In this document: piece by piece, positions 1 through 12,660 of the stretch
How positions within the stretch are numbered: the stretch's first letter is position 1
Layout of the letters: each line of letters opens with the position of its first letter
Notes under the pieces: model-generated
What the model was told of the DNA's origin: nothing
Seen by the model: only the letters and a program-made list of their open reading frames with translations
The model's database searches: none
Assembly (NCBI RefSeq): GCF_009914755.1
Contig: NC_060933.1
DNA length: 64,000 nucleotides
Reading direction: 5' to 3' (one strand)
From: the human T2T-CHM13v2.0 reference genome, Homo sapiens
Made by a program: the position numbers and the translations under genes

Positions 1-784
1 AAAGGCAAAGTGGAAAAAATAACAGCTATGCAATCAAGAACAGAGAAAGAAGCAAGCTCAATATAGTTTCCAATAAACCTTAAAATTGGGCTTTGCAAAT
101 ATTAACAAAATATGAGAACTAAATGATGTGATTGTTTGTCTCTTTTTTATCTAAAGTGGACCAGAGAAAGTTTTGTGCAGCGCAGCAAGACTTCTGCATC
201 CTGATTGAATACAGGGTCACACAACCCAGAACTCATTTCTGTGTATGATTTCTCTTTAAGTGTCTTGCCCTGTAACCCTCCCTCTCCCAGATATTTTAGT
301 TGCAAATTGAGCTCTTTTCTAAAATTGACAAAAATAAAATATTAATAAACTTTCAACTACTGGAACTATAAAGAAAAAGCATGACGTGTGATATTGGTGG
401 AAGGTAGAGCTCATTCCTCAGGCATCCATCATGGTGCCAGGCTTTTCAACAGCCTGAATGCAGAATTCTTAGATCATTTCAAACTTACAATCTTGGCAAT
501 GACATGACAGCTGGTGCACGTGGCATATTAATTCAGCAAACATCAATGCCAACTGTGTGCCCCATGGATCAACTCACCACCTTTTCTTCAACAAAGCAGC
601 AGCTGTCTGGTTTTTAAATGCTTAGTTACAGGGGAAAGGGGTAATATTAGACATACTTATGGAAGCATAAAATCATGTATATAAGCACGAATTGATGTGA
701 CCATCGTGATGGAATAAATTTGCATAATCAAATCATTCCGAACAATTATTTAACTCTTTACTAGTTAACTTTTAGTCCTTACAG

Positions 785-1436
785 TTTGAAAATGTAATTA
801 TAAACAAAATCTCCTCCTAACCCAGAAATGTTCACAAAAGTGGAAGAAACAGAAAGCTATTTTTATTGCATAAGCATTAAATTAGAATTCAATGCACATC
901 ACATGCATTTTGCTAAGAGATTACAAAAGCAGAAAGAAATCTTACCAAGCAGAAACAAATCATTACATACATGCTCTCAAGACAAACTATAACTAGTCCT
1001 CATGTAAGAGGACATGATGGCACAGTTTGTCACACAGAATTCATTCTAAATTCATTTGGTAATTGGGTGACCATCTTGTTAGCTAATTGACTTTATCCAA
1101 AGGAAAAATAAATTTCTAATATCTTTATCACAGGAGGCAGTTTTGCAACTTGGAGCAAGGCATCTACCAAAGATAAGCTTCTCCCCTCCCACTGAAACTG
1201 GTAGATAGGGATGCTGTCTTCCTTAATGATTGCATTTCAAAGAAATAGTTCCCAGGTCCTCGAGAAGGAATTCCTGGACCATACAGCAGACAAGAGGCTA
1301 ATTTAGCTTTTAACGACTTACAAAGAGACAGAGAAACAACTTGTAAGTTTTCTAAAGTAAATAAATACTCTAAGCAAAGGGAAGGAAGTCTCTTCCCTTA
1401 TTATTTTCAACAGGGAGAATTAAGCATTTATTTTCT
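785..1436 (-). mobile_element. ERV1 solo LTR, MER67-family-like
   Basis: The reverse complement follows the MER67 consensus as I recall it (GCTTAATTCTCCCTGTTGAAAAT...CTTGCTCCAAGTTGCAAAACT...TTTCTGGGTTAGGAGGAGATTTTGTT). Confidence 0.7.
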
Positions 1437-1689
1437 ATGTACTTTTAAACACAAAACCTGGTGCATAATAAATGTGCATTACACATTTATTGTTGATTCC
1501 TGTTGACATGTAATGAGTCACTTCCAAACTGATGCAGAGAATATAAGTAAAAGAATCACAATAAATAGAACAAAATGTAGAAGATGAATGATACAGCAAG
1601 AAAGCATAGATTGTGATTGTCATTACAATGAGATAATGAAGGACAAAGTGTTTCCCTTATGAAGGGATTCGGTGTGAGGCTGACTTGTG

Positions 1690-2056
1690 CTGACACCCCT
1701 TCAGTGTGACCTTGTGTGTGTTGTTAAACCTTGTTAGCTCTGTCTCTTCACTTATAAAATGGTTACTATCTTTTTCATTTAATCTAAGATGTATGTCATT
1801 GATTATAAGTGGCACCATTTTTATATATTATAAAAAGGAAAAATATCTGATAATTGCATGATGCCATTCATTGTGAGACCTATCACAATCTTAATGACAG
1901 TAAAATGTGAGAAAGTTGGGTGTCTCAGAATCAATGAAATATAACTAATAACAGCTTCATAGTGAGGTTTTGGAAATTAAATATTATGATGTATGAGAAG
2001 AGTGTAGCAGGATACCTGGCACAAAATAGATGTTCAATATATGTTATCAATTATTG
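1690..2056 (+). mobile_element. MIR split by a MER104-like DNA transposon
   Basis: MIR core (GTGTGACCTTG...TATAAAATGG) stops at ~1765 and resumes at ~1944 (..ACCTGGCACAAAATAGATGTTCAATAT). Confidence 0.6.
1766..1943 (-). mobile_element. MER104-like non-autonomous Tc2 DNA transposon
   Basis: About 180 bp with degenerate terminal inverted repeats (TTTCATTTAATCTAAGA / TCTCAGAATCAATGAAA). Confidence 0.55.
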
Positions 2057-2199
2057 GTGATAATGATAAAAAATAGTTTGAACTCTTCTATTACAACAAA
2101 AATCCCCAGACTGGTCAAATAAACCAGGGCGCAGGAAGAACTTGCTTCTTATAAAACATCCATTTGCAATAACTCGACAAACAATGGTTAACTCTCAAA

Positions 2200-3640
2200 A
2201 AACTTTAAAACATTTCTTGTATATCTGTAATTATTTTCCCATTTTCATCCCTATTTTTAATCAGTATGTTTTTATCCTTGGTTAGAGTACTTAATGATTT
2301 ATGTATTTTGTTGTACTGTTTTTAATGGTAAGTTTCTGAATGTGTGTATTGGTTCTGCTGAAGACTTTCATTTGTTGGCTGGTTAGTTGATTTTCCAATT
2401 CAATAATTCCTGATTTTAACTTTATTGGTTTCTTTTGCTTTTCTTGGCTTTGCATGTTTATCTATCAATTTACTTATTTACATAATTTTCTCTTTGAGTT
2501 GAAGATGTTTTACATGTTTCTGCCCTTAGTAAGATGTTGAAGGGGAAAAGATTTTCTCTCAACCCCGTTTTAGCAATACCTCATATGTATTAATATACGG
2601 TATGTTTTTAAAGTAATTTTTTTAGGTTTTCTTCAGTTTGGGTTTTAGTTGTTTTTTTGAATCTAGGTTTATTTTTTGAGAAATTGTGTGTGCAATTTTC
2701 AAGATACATGGTTTTTTTTAAAGTCATAGGACTTTTCCATTGTCCTTATTAAATACATTCAGCAGGCTATATCTGCATCTTAATAATTTGGGGCTCATTG
2801 TCCCTAGAACATAGTGTATTCTTTTCCTGTGCAGATTCTGATTTTTTATTATGGGAAATTCTTGTTCCTATGGATTGTTGAACACTTTGTCTAAAATAAA
2901 TTTAATAAACTCAACAAATAAAAGAAATTCAACAAATAAATTGTTGAATGTTTCAGATCGCCTTTTTCTGCCATTCATATCTACTATTTTCTCTAATCAC
3001 TTTTGCATATTTTTTGTTGACATCTAATTAACATACTGCAAAATGCACAGATCTTACATCTTCACTTTGTTGACTTTGGCAAATGTAGACACTATGTAAC
3101 CATCACACAAAACCAGATACAGAATGTTTCCATCAGTCCAGCGATTTCCCTCCTGCTCTCATCTAGCCAAGTCTCCCCTTCCACCCAGACAACCACTTCC
3201 CATTTTCTATTTTCAGAGTCTAATTACTTTGATATTTTTCATTGTTTGTATTTTATTTTGAATGACTGTTTTTCAAACCAATCTCCTATATTCACGATTG
3301 GTATTTGTCCTCCATGAGTTCTGCTTTGGGCTGCCTCTAAACAATCTTTCATGTTGATTATAATTCTACTCTTTTGCTGCATTTCTTTTGAGTTCCACCA
3401 GCTTATTTCTATCTACTGCTTGTGTTCTGATGTGTTAACTGCTTTTTGCTCTCTTTGTATCTCTTCTGAAATTTTGTCACAAATCTTTGCTTTCCTTAAT
3501 TTATTTCAAAGCAAGGAGACTTTTTGTCAAAAATTTCCAGCTTCCCAAAGAAATTCTTCTTTCCATGTAAATTTTCATTTGTCCTTCATTTATGTTTCCT
3601 TTCTTTTTTCTAATATCTATCCATACTTCCTATGTTAAGT
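2200..3640 (-). mobile_element. Old L1M fragments (heavily diverged)
   Basis: T-rich antisense L1-like sequence. L1M 3'-end motif at 3013-3210 (AAAATGCACAGATCTTA...TGTAACCATCAC...ATACAGAATGTTTCCATC). Confidence 0.5.
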
Positions 3641-3869
3641 ATAACCATCTTTTAATAGAGGCAGTTCTATTCATACCAGCTATCGATAAAAAAAAAAAAA
3701 ACAGGAACACTTGAGGTAGCATATGTGCTCACTTCCCAGAATATCATGGGCTATTCTGGCATTTCTGACACTTCAGTCCATTTCTGACATTTATTTTGAT
3801 TGGAGGGTCACCTGTCCCACAATATTCCATAGGCCAGACATTTCTAAATCTATTGTTTTGATTCTGTTG

Positions 3870-4350
3870 GGAAGTAGCAGAATAACATACTATATATGAT
3901 TTAAATAAATAGGGATTTGGTTCCTTCAGATAAGAAGAAGACTGGCAGTAGACTGTTGCTAGTACTGGTGCAGTAACTCAATGATGTCATCACAGGTTTC
4001 AGGCTCTTTTGTGTGTTACGCTTTCCTACCATCAGGTTTTAGCTTTTCTTTTCTATATGTTTTGCCTCATAGTGATAAAATAGTATCACAGTTCCAGCAA
4101 TCACACCTACCATCAAAGCAGGAAAAGAAGAAAAGCATAAAGCAAGAGGTTTCACTTGAATTTTGTCAAGAAAACAAAGACTCGTCCAAAATTTTCTTTA
4201 CATCCTGTTGGTCAAAAATAGTTTGAACTGGCAGCTCTAACTGCACGAAAGGTTGGAAGTGTAAGTACATGGTATTTTTCAACCTCTGTTACGGGTATCA
4301 AATAAATGAGCAGGGGATTGAGAGTTGTGGTTGAGTTGGAAAACCAGCTG
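3870..4350 (-). mobile_element. Old MaLR LTR fragment (MLT1J/K/L-like)
   Basis: Degenerate MLT1 motifs (TTCCAGCAATCACACC...TTGGTCAAAAAT...AACTGCACGAAAGGTTGGAAGTGTAAGTA). Confidence 0.4.
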
Positions 4351-5202
4351 TGTTTTCCACATGCCTTTTTGTGCTAAGTATGACAGCAACTGTCTCAGGT
4401 GAGAACCTTATATTACAGGCTTGTTGTGTGGTGAACTGGTATATATCTGTCTCTGTTAGCAGACTCTGGTGAACTTTGAGGTCTCTTTATATTTTTTAGT
4501 AACCATGTGTATTTCTCATTTCTCTCATTAGCTGTCATGTCACATTTTCTATTTTATTTGTAGTTTTTTTCCAGACCTCAGGTTGCAGAAGATTGAGCTA
4601 ATCATATTCGTCAGTTGGAGACATAGTGTCATCAGTGATTACACACGTCCCCAGCATTGTAATTTATTTAACCCCTTATATCCTTGTTCCCATTTCTATC
4701 CATTCCCTCCTCAGCAACCATTTTAATATGTTTAATACATTTTTATATATTTTGTTTAATATAACTTTTTATATATTTTAATACATATTTATATATTTTG
4801 TTAAAATGTTGTTATAGTTTTGTGATATATGTATCTATAATATAGTATTATAAGTTCCCTTCTATTACATTTATTACATGTATGTATATATACAAATGTG
4901 TATATATTTTCATTGACATCTCATTAACAGACTACAATACCACAGATCTTAGGTCTTCAGTTTGTTGTCTTTTGACAAAGGTATACACTGTGTAACCATT
5001 ACACAAAACAAGATACAGAATATTTCCATCCCTCCAGAGATTTCTCTCATGCTGTCATCTAGCCTAGTCTCCTCTTCCTCATTATTTGTAGTTTTTTTCC
5101 AGACTTCAAGTTGCAGAAGTTTGAGCTAATCGTATTTTTCAGCTGCAGACACAATGTCATCAGTGGTTGCACAAGGCCCCAGCATTGTGTATATGTATAC
5201 AG

Positions 5203-5225
5203 ACACACACACACACACACACACA
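5203..5225. repeat. (CA)n microsatellite
   Basis: Directly visible (AC) run. Confidence 0.95.
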
Positions 5226-5285
5226 ATATAGATATATATGTACACATGTACATTCAACCCAAGTCTCTCCTTTTAAGATCTATCT

Positions 5286-5587
5286 GGCCAGATGCAGTGG
5301 CTCACGCCTGTAATCCCAGCACTTTGGGAGGCCGAGATGGGCGGATCATTTGAGGTCAGGAGTTTGAGACCAGCCTGACCAACATGGTGAAACCCCATCT
5401 CTACTAAAAATACAAAAATTAGCTGGGTGTGACGGCATGTGCCTGTGATCCCAGCTCCTCAGGAGGCTGAGATGGGAGAACACTTGAACCTGGGAGGTGG
5501 AGGTTTTAGTGAGCCAAGATCGAGCCACTGCACTCCAGCCTGGCTGACAGGGTAAGATTCCATCTCAAAAAAAGGAAAAAAAAAAAA
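5286..5587 (+). mobile_element. Alu (AluS, Sx/Sz-like), full length
   Basis: Dimeric Alu with A-tail; TSD AAGATCTATC on both sides. Confidence 0.95.
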
Positions 5588-5591
5588 AAGA

Positions 5592-6250
5592 TCTATCCAT
5601 GTTCTTTTGTGTCCACCAAGTCTACTGCTTCTCACTGCTGGCTACAACCCAGTGATTTGTACCCTCCATGTTACCCACTTCTTTAGCCTGCTTCCTCTTC
5701 TACCTATCCCAGTGACATTGCCATGAACATCTTGAACTTGTCCCTTTATAGATCTGTGTATTAGTTTGTGATATTTATCCAGGACTGAAATTGCTGGATT
5801 GTAGGGTATATATATAGAGAGAGAATTGCACTCAATACTGCCAGGTTTCTCCAAAGAATGTCTTCGGCAATCAAAGTTTTCACTACCAGTGCCTAAGTCT
5901 TCCTACATCCTCACTTCTATTCCAACACTTGGCATTAGCCAGCATTCCAATGTTTGCCAGTCTAAAGGGCATATAACAGTGATGACTTATCACTATTATT
6001 TATTCTGCATTCTGTATTTTTACTGATACATGATAGCCCTTGATTTATTAAAAACATCAACTTTTAATTTGTGACTATTTTTCCTGGCGAAGTTGCCCTT
6101 CAGATAGGTTTTTTGGTATTGAAGTTTTGGAGCTTATTTCTAAATTTGGGGTAATTTAAAAATTTTTTATGAAGTCACATTGATTAATTTACTTCTCTAC
6201 TTTATTTTTGTAGTCATGTGCTTAGAAAATCTTCTCACCCATCTACGTAT
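5592..6250 (-). mobile_element. Old L1M(E) fragment
   Basis: Antisense L1 ORF2/3' motifs (GAAATTGCTGGATTGTAGGG, CCAACACTTGGCATT). Confidence 0.5.
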
Positions 6251-7722
6251 TGTATTAAAGTTCTGCCAAATATGGTTCTAAGAAGTCTATAAACAGTAAC
6301 AGTTTTATATTTTCATAATTATTAGAGGGTGTACAATACAGACAACGTTTTCATCCCTCAACCTCACCATAGGTTTTCCTTCATCCCCAGAGTTTAAGAG
6401 TGACCACAATTGAGAAAAAGAACAAGGAACTGGGCAAAGTTCAGAGATGAGGTAATGTCTGTCATACATATTCTCTCGTGATAAAGTAACTGTGCTTTTA
6501 CACCTTGGGACTGCTATTTTAAAATAACTGTACCTTTAGCCATGTCATGATGCCCTTCCTTATATTTTCTCTAGGTGAAAGTTACAGTCCAAAATAAAAA
6601 ATTTAATAGTTGTAAACCATTATGAGCTGAAGCAATTTCTATTCATCCCTTCCCTATCTCATATAACCATAAATAAGAATCAAAATGGTTGTTCATTATT
6701 TATTACATGATGGAGAGTCTTAGCAAAAACTAGTTGTATTAAGAAATAATTTTCACCTACACCACAACACTGGAGGTTATTATATAATTTACAATGTAGT
6801 TTTTCTATTTAGGAAGGCTTTATCTCACATACACCTATAAGCTCTTATTCTTTGTTCATTTTAGTGTGTTATTTTCCTTCTGAGTTATTATTTGTAATGA
6901 TCTTCTTTCTCTTGCAATCTCAGAGCATTTTGCAGACCAAAAGTTGTGCTTTGGGTACCCTTATGAGTGAGCTGTATTGGCATCTGTAGAGGACTAGAAT
7001 CCCAAAGCAAAAACACATGAAGCAACTCAGTAGCCTGCTGAAGTTTGCTTATGAGTCAAAGAATTTAATGATCCACCAAAGAAGCATATAACACACAAAA
7101 AAATGGGTGCTTGGCCTTGATGGAATTTTTATCACTTTAGTCAAATGAAGAACAATCTAGCCATGAGATACATAATATGTAAATAATACATAATAATAAT
7201 CACATACACTAATGACTGTTTATGGTTATTCTTGTAGCAGAAGATTGAAATGTAGACTGAAAACATTGATTCAAATCCAAACTCTAAAATTTTAAGCTTC
7301 TTAAATATATAAAACTTCAGGATTAATATTTTGGAGTATTTCCCTTAAATTGTTCCTTTGCGGTAGGAAATGGAATAGAAATTGTGAAAGCTTAAGCTCT
7401 GCTCAAAGAAGTAAACATTTTACCCAAAATGTATGTATCATAAACCCTTGAATATTTCATAAATTCTTCATTAATCATCTCTTGATTCAGCCTTATTGCA
7501 ACATAACAAATCATATCTCATAATATGTAGTTAGGTTGCTCTAAAGAGACTGAAAAAGGTTTTGCTGTTTCTTTCTATGGCACTGTCAGATATCAGCATT
7601 ATTTTTCTTGTGATAATTTTAACATTTGGTAATTGTTAACTAGTATCAGGGAAATTCCAGATGCATCTGGTCAGCACTGGTATCTTGGCACACAATATGC
7701 TGTTTAAATAATACATGCCTTC

Positions 7723-8129
7723 CAAAACTGGACCCTTCGCACAGCAAATGGAGGCAGCTGGATGCAAAACGATTGGAAAGATGGGAGCCAAGCGTAAAAC
7801 TGTTCTATAGAAGTCAACTTTTATTTTGCATTAACTAAATCTGCTTTTCTAAGCTTATCAACCCCTTCAAGTTTACAGTTAATGGGGAACACTGTAATTT
7901 GAGATGTCAGAAAATGTATCTCAGATGGAAAAGGGAACTTGCAGAGTCCTTCTCTGAGGCTAAGGGAAAATTATATGCTATATTCTGGTTGTTCCTTGGG
8001 TTTTAAACTTGGAGCCAAGCAGTTTTCGTTTTTAAAAGTATGGTGCCTTATTTATCCTTTTTGTTTTTAAATTTACAAAAGCTACAAAGCTGATCTATGT
8101 GAATAAAGGCTTGTATTTAAAATAATAAT
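7723..8129 (+). pseudogene. 5'-truncated processed retrocopy (mRNA 3' end, parent gene not identified)
   Basis: Perfect 16-bp TSD AATAATACATGCCTTC (7707-7722 and 8130-8145) at a TTT/AAA L1-endonuclease-like site. AATAAA at 8102-8107 is followed by a decayed A-tail. The body does not resemble any TE I know. Confidence 0.75.
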
Positions 8130-9074
8130 AATAATACATGCCTTCACTTAACATCCAATAGTCATATGTATAAAGAAGCTTAAGCCATGTAAATCATATT
8201 TAGCAAAGAGAAGAAAAATTAAAATGGACTTTGAAAAAAATAACATCTCATCCTATTTTGCAACGCCTAATAAAGTGAGACAACTTACTCTTCATTCCTA
8301 ATCCACAAAGAAATGCTCACTGGCTCTAAATAATTGTCTCCTTAGATGAGTAAATGCGGTATATGAGAAGACTTCTAAACAGTGGAACATGGAGGAGTGG
8401 AAGAAGACTAGCTCAGTAGATTTAAAATTCCCCAATCCATAATTACAAAATACCACTTCCCTTTTATTATTTTAGGCTTTCCCAGAACGAAGTTAAGGTT
8501 TTCAAAGCAATAAAAAGCTGAAAACACTATATGTTGGTTTTTTTTTTTGGTAGTCCATATCAAAATGCATATAACAACTGTCACCATAGAGGAGAAACCT
8601 TTCCTATATAGAATTAATAAAATTGTCTGATTAAATTCCAGAATGCTGGTTGTACTGCGAATGAAATCCACTCCTGAACAGCCTGCAGAGCTTTGAAACT
8701 CTAGAATTAGAAATAAACTTGAAGCTCATTCTTGAGGCACAGATCTCTTCTAAATACACAGATCTCTCTTAAAGCTCTTTCTGTATTATAATAATTGATA
8801 ATTTTGTTTCATTTTTGTAGCAAAAGCACTAGTTTTCATGAAGAGTTACACACAGAATTAATTATGGCCTTTTATGAATCAATAATATGCTTGCCTATGT
8901 TCAATCAGGTAAGTGCTTGATCAGTGAGAAAAACTGTTATTCACCCAAGAGGTAAGTACGGTGGAAACAAATTGCAGCAATAATTGGAATAACCATCATT
9001 TAACTTATCTGGACGAATAATTTTTTTATTTTGTAGATATTTTGGGGATTCACCCTAGACTTTTTCTCCTTAAT

Positions 9075-9540
9075 CATTCCAAAAACTCAATAAATCACTA
9101 AATCCTACTTATTTTACCTTCTAAAATCTCTTAGTATCACACCTTTCTTTCTACTTCCAGGGCTAGAGCCTTCAGGGCATTACCATCTATTAACTAAACT
9201 ATTACAACTATTTTTTAACTGCCTTTCTGGCTGCTAGTTTCTCCCTGGTCTGATGTATTTCTGCACTACTGTCCAAGTCTAATTTGACCATGTGACTTCT
9301 CTGATTAAACTTCTCCTTTTCTATACTATATTTTGGATCAAGTCCAAATCTCTTTGTGTGTCATACAGGCCTGTGCGTTATCTGGCCTTGTCTGTCTTCC
9401 AACCTCATCTCTCTCCCAAGTAACACCACCACATTTAAGCAGAGGATCAGAGGTGTAGGCTATCAAAATGCTTATATTTCCCTGAGCATCTCTTTCATGA
9501 TGACTTCCCTTTCATGATGTTCCTTACTCTTCCTAGAGTC
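9075..9540 (+). mobile_element. L2 fragment
   Basis: L2 3'-region motifs (GACCATGTGACTTCTCTG...GGATCAAGTCCAAATCTC...TCTGGCCTTG...CCAACCTCATCTC). Confidence 0.6.
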
Positions 9541-9611
9541 ATCTCAGACAGAGACAACATCTTGTAGAAAAACATTTCAGAAATCTGCAAGAAGAATATC
9601 TAATGAGAATA

Positions 9612-9800
9612 TTTTATTGCCAAGAGCTTTGCACAATTTAATTCAATGAATAGTTAAAATAACCCTAGGAAGCAGGAACTATTGTTACCATTTTACAGAT
9701 GAAAAAACTGAAATTCATCTATACAAGAAGTGTGCTCAGCACCACATAGGTTGTAAGTGGTAGTGCTAAGTTACAAACTCCAACAGTTTGAAGCCAGCAC
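9612..9800 (-). mobile_element. MIR
   Basis: MIR core CCATTTTACAGATGAAAAAACTGA. Confidence 0.7.
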
Positions 9801-9889
9801 AGTCACGTGTTTTATTGCACTTCCATCCCCCTTTCTGATTTTTATATCAACACGTATAAGAGTTGGGAGCACTAGAGTTTATGACTCTA

Positions 9890-10000
9890 TCCTCTACTTG
9901 ACTGTGATTCCTTCATGGCAAGGACAATGTCTGTTTTATCTTCCCTGTATTCTCAACATACAGTTTGGTCCTGACAATCCGTAGGTATTTGAATAAATGA
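9890..10000 (+). mobile_element. L2 3' end
   Basis: GACTGTGATTCCTTCATGGCAAGGAC...GTAGGTATTTGAATAAATGA. Confidence 0.6.
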
Positions 10001-10218
10001 AAAAAATGGCTTACCGGTTATTCAACCTTTTCCTTACTTTGTTTTTGTTCATTAATTGTCCCATGCATGTGGCCACCTAACAGATAAGCTAAAGAGTGGA
10101 GCAAATATAAGTTTCAAATCAGTCCAGGTGGTACCTAGGTGATGTTCTATAAGAAGGCTTAGTATAGAAAAAAATGTAAATGAATTTAACCAAATCCATT
10201 TAATTAAAATGTAAATGG

Positions 10219-10939
10219 ATGTAGCTAAGAGAGGTAAAGTAACTAGCCCAAGTTCACACATCTAGTAAGTTTTTTAGTAACAGGTCTACCAGCTTCTCAG
10301 CCTTGTGAAGTCCAAGTGAGCACCTGTTGCAATGGATACTTGCAATGGGTATTCATATGTATTCTTGGAAGTCTCCTCTTTGTTATCACAAATGCATATT
10401 TAAATTTGGCCTGTGTATGGTCTGTCTTCCCAATTAGATCAGAAACTCCTAGAGAAAAAAGATTGTCTAGATTCCTCTGTGCTTCTCACATTTGCGTAAA
10501 ACTATGACATGCACCTGAAATGCACAGTAAACATTTGTTGAATAAATGAACCAATTATTTAAGGTTTATTAATATAATAGCCTGATTATTAGAGTATTTA
10601 TAGGATTTGAATAAGAAAATGCATATGCACTTCAGGAAGCTATTCTGATCTTCCTTTCTTGTAGAATCCAACACTCACCACTTCCCTCACATGATCATTA
10701 TTTCATCACTACATTTTGGGGATTATATATTAACTTTATGCTAGATTTCAAAAATCGGACTCAGAAGCTGTCACTAAGACGGATAATAGTACCAAGTATT
10801 TTTGGGGCCAAGTACCCATTACAATAGATGCTACCTTGTACATCACAAGGCTGAGAAGCCAGTAGACACTGCTACCAAATTCCAACTCTGTCACTTACTA
10901 GCTGTGTGAGCTTGGGCTAATTACCTCTCTTAGCTACAT
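10219..10939. repeat. Imperfect inverted repeat (arms 10219-10342 and 10809-10939), partly MIR-derived
   Basis: Arm 1 ATGTAGCTAAGAGAGGTAA...GCTTCTCAGCCTTGTGAAGTCCAAG...AATGGATACTTG matches the reverse complement of arm 2. Confidence 0.85.
10412..10550 (+). mobile_element. L2 3' end
   Basis: TCTGTCTTCCCAATTAGA...CAGTAAACATTTGTTGAATAAATGAA. Confidence 0.6.
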
Positions 10940-11056
10940 AATTATCCACAGCATGGTTTAACTGAATAAAGCACTTAACACAGATTTGCATATAGACAAT
11001 GCACTATAATGAGAGTGTGGTTTTTTTTCTGCAAAAATACAGGAAACTGAAATTTC

Positions 11057-11381
11057 TTTTATTTCTTTTTCTTTCTTTCTTTTCTTTTTTTTTTTTCTGA
11101 GACAGAATCTTACTCTGTTGCCCAGGCTGGAGTACAGTAGCATGATCTTGGTTCACTGCAACCTCCACCTCCCAGGTTCAAACTATTTTTGTGTCTCAGC
11201 CTCTCAAGTAGCTGGGATTACAGGCATGTACCACCACACCCAGCTAATTTTTGTATTTTTCGTAGAGGCAGGGTTTTACCATGTTGGCCCAACTGGTCTC
11301 TAACTCCTGGCCTCTAGTGATTCACCCACCTTGGCTTCCCAACGTGTTGGGATTACAGGTGTGAGCCACCATGCCCAGGCC
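11057..11381 (-). mobile_element. Alu (diverged AluS/J), full length
   Basis: Antisense Alu with T-rich tail; degenerate TSD AAACTGAAATTTCTT / AAACCGAGGTTTCTT. Confidence 0.93.
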
Positions 11382-11619
11382 AAAACCGAGGTTTCTTACC
11401 GGCTCTGACAATAACAAGATATGTGACCTTCAATAAGTAAGTTCACTCTCAGAGACTCGCTTGATTTTCTTTAAACAGGACTGATACGACTAAGTCACCT
11501 GTCTGAAGGAAGGCTAGTGAATCTAGCTATAAAACCCTTTACATAAATTTGAAACTTCTTCCGATCGAAGGCTAGCCTAGGAAGACTATGTATGGAGAAT
11601 CCATGGGTCAGCCTATTTG

Positions 11620-12660
11620 TTTGCTTATTTGTTCAACAAATATTCATTAGTCACCTACTATGTGCCATCCAGTGTTATAATCACTGAGTAATGAACAAGA
11701 AACAAGACAGACAACTTTCCCTCATTAATAGAGTTTACAACCCTTTAGGGGATAATAAACACATATCTATACAACATCAGATGGTAAGTGCTGTAAAATA
11801 ATAAAGTCTGGTTAGGAGTAAGTATGAATAGCCTGGTCTAGAAAAGCCTCCTGGAGAGAATGGCATTTGCACAGAGACCTGCATGATGGGAGAAAGTAAA
11901 CCATATAGTAAGTGGGCAAAGAACATCCCAGGCAGGATGAACAAGTGCAAAATCCCTGAGGTAAGAGTGTGTTTGGAGTATTTGATGAACAGCAAGTCAA
12001 AGGGTCTGGAGAAGACTGAGTGATGGCAAGAATTATAGGACATGAGGTCTGAGAAGAAGCGGGGCCAGATTATGGAAGGCTATGAAGGCCAAAGTGAGGT
12101 TTTTTTCTTTTATTTTAATTGCAAATGGAAGACTTTGGAGATAAATTCCTTATATTTTGAGGATTAGTCGGGTGCTGTGTGAGGAATAGATAGTGCACCA
12201 TCCATTTATCAACAATTCCAAATTTGCTCACTTCTATTTTCACTCATAAAAGTCATTCATTGAAATAAACCTAGTGCCAGGTGGAAAGTCTGGGCTGTTT
12301 ACTGTGGATGGACGTTTATTAATGACGTCTCCATAGGGTGGGTGCCGGATGGAGACCTGAGACAAGGAATGAACCAGGTCTGTGAAGTAACACCTGGAGG
12401 GAGTCCAGGCACAAAGAAGAGTAGATAAAAACTTTCCAAAGTTGGAAAGAACTTGGAGGATTTCAGACGCAAAACTGAGGCTAGTGTGCCTGGAGCTGAG
12501 TGAACAAGGGGAGGATGGTGCCAAGGTTAGCTGACAGGCAGTCATCAGATGGTGCAGAGCCTCTGAGCCATATAGAGGTTGAGTTTTATTCGAAAAGCAA
12601 TTTTAAGCAAGTGTAAGCAAGAAAATGATCTGATTTTATAATTTTTAAATCTGTCTAGTT
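11620..12660 (-). mobile_element. L2 fragments (L2a-like, two or more pieces)
   Basis: TTCAACAAATATT...CACCTACTATGTGCC, AAGTGCAAAATCCCTGAGG, GGGCCAGATTATGGAAGGC. Confidence 0.65.

Noticed and set aside
8900-8960. Two consensus splice donors (CAGGTAAGT, GAGGTAAGT)
   Set aside because: They could belong to a lncRNA, but no exon chain or ORF can be supported from sequence alone.
12318-12340. TAATGACGTCTCCATAGGG resembling a composite Lhx2-Ebf motif
   Set aside because: It sits at the edge of a degenerate L2, the Ebf half is imperfect and there is no surrounding motif cluster.
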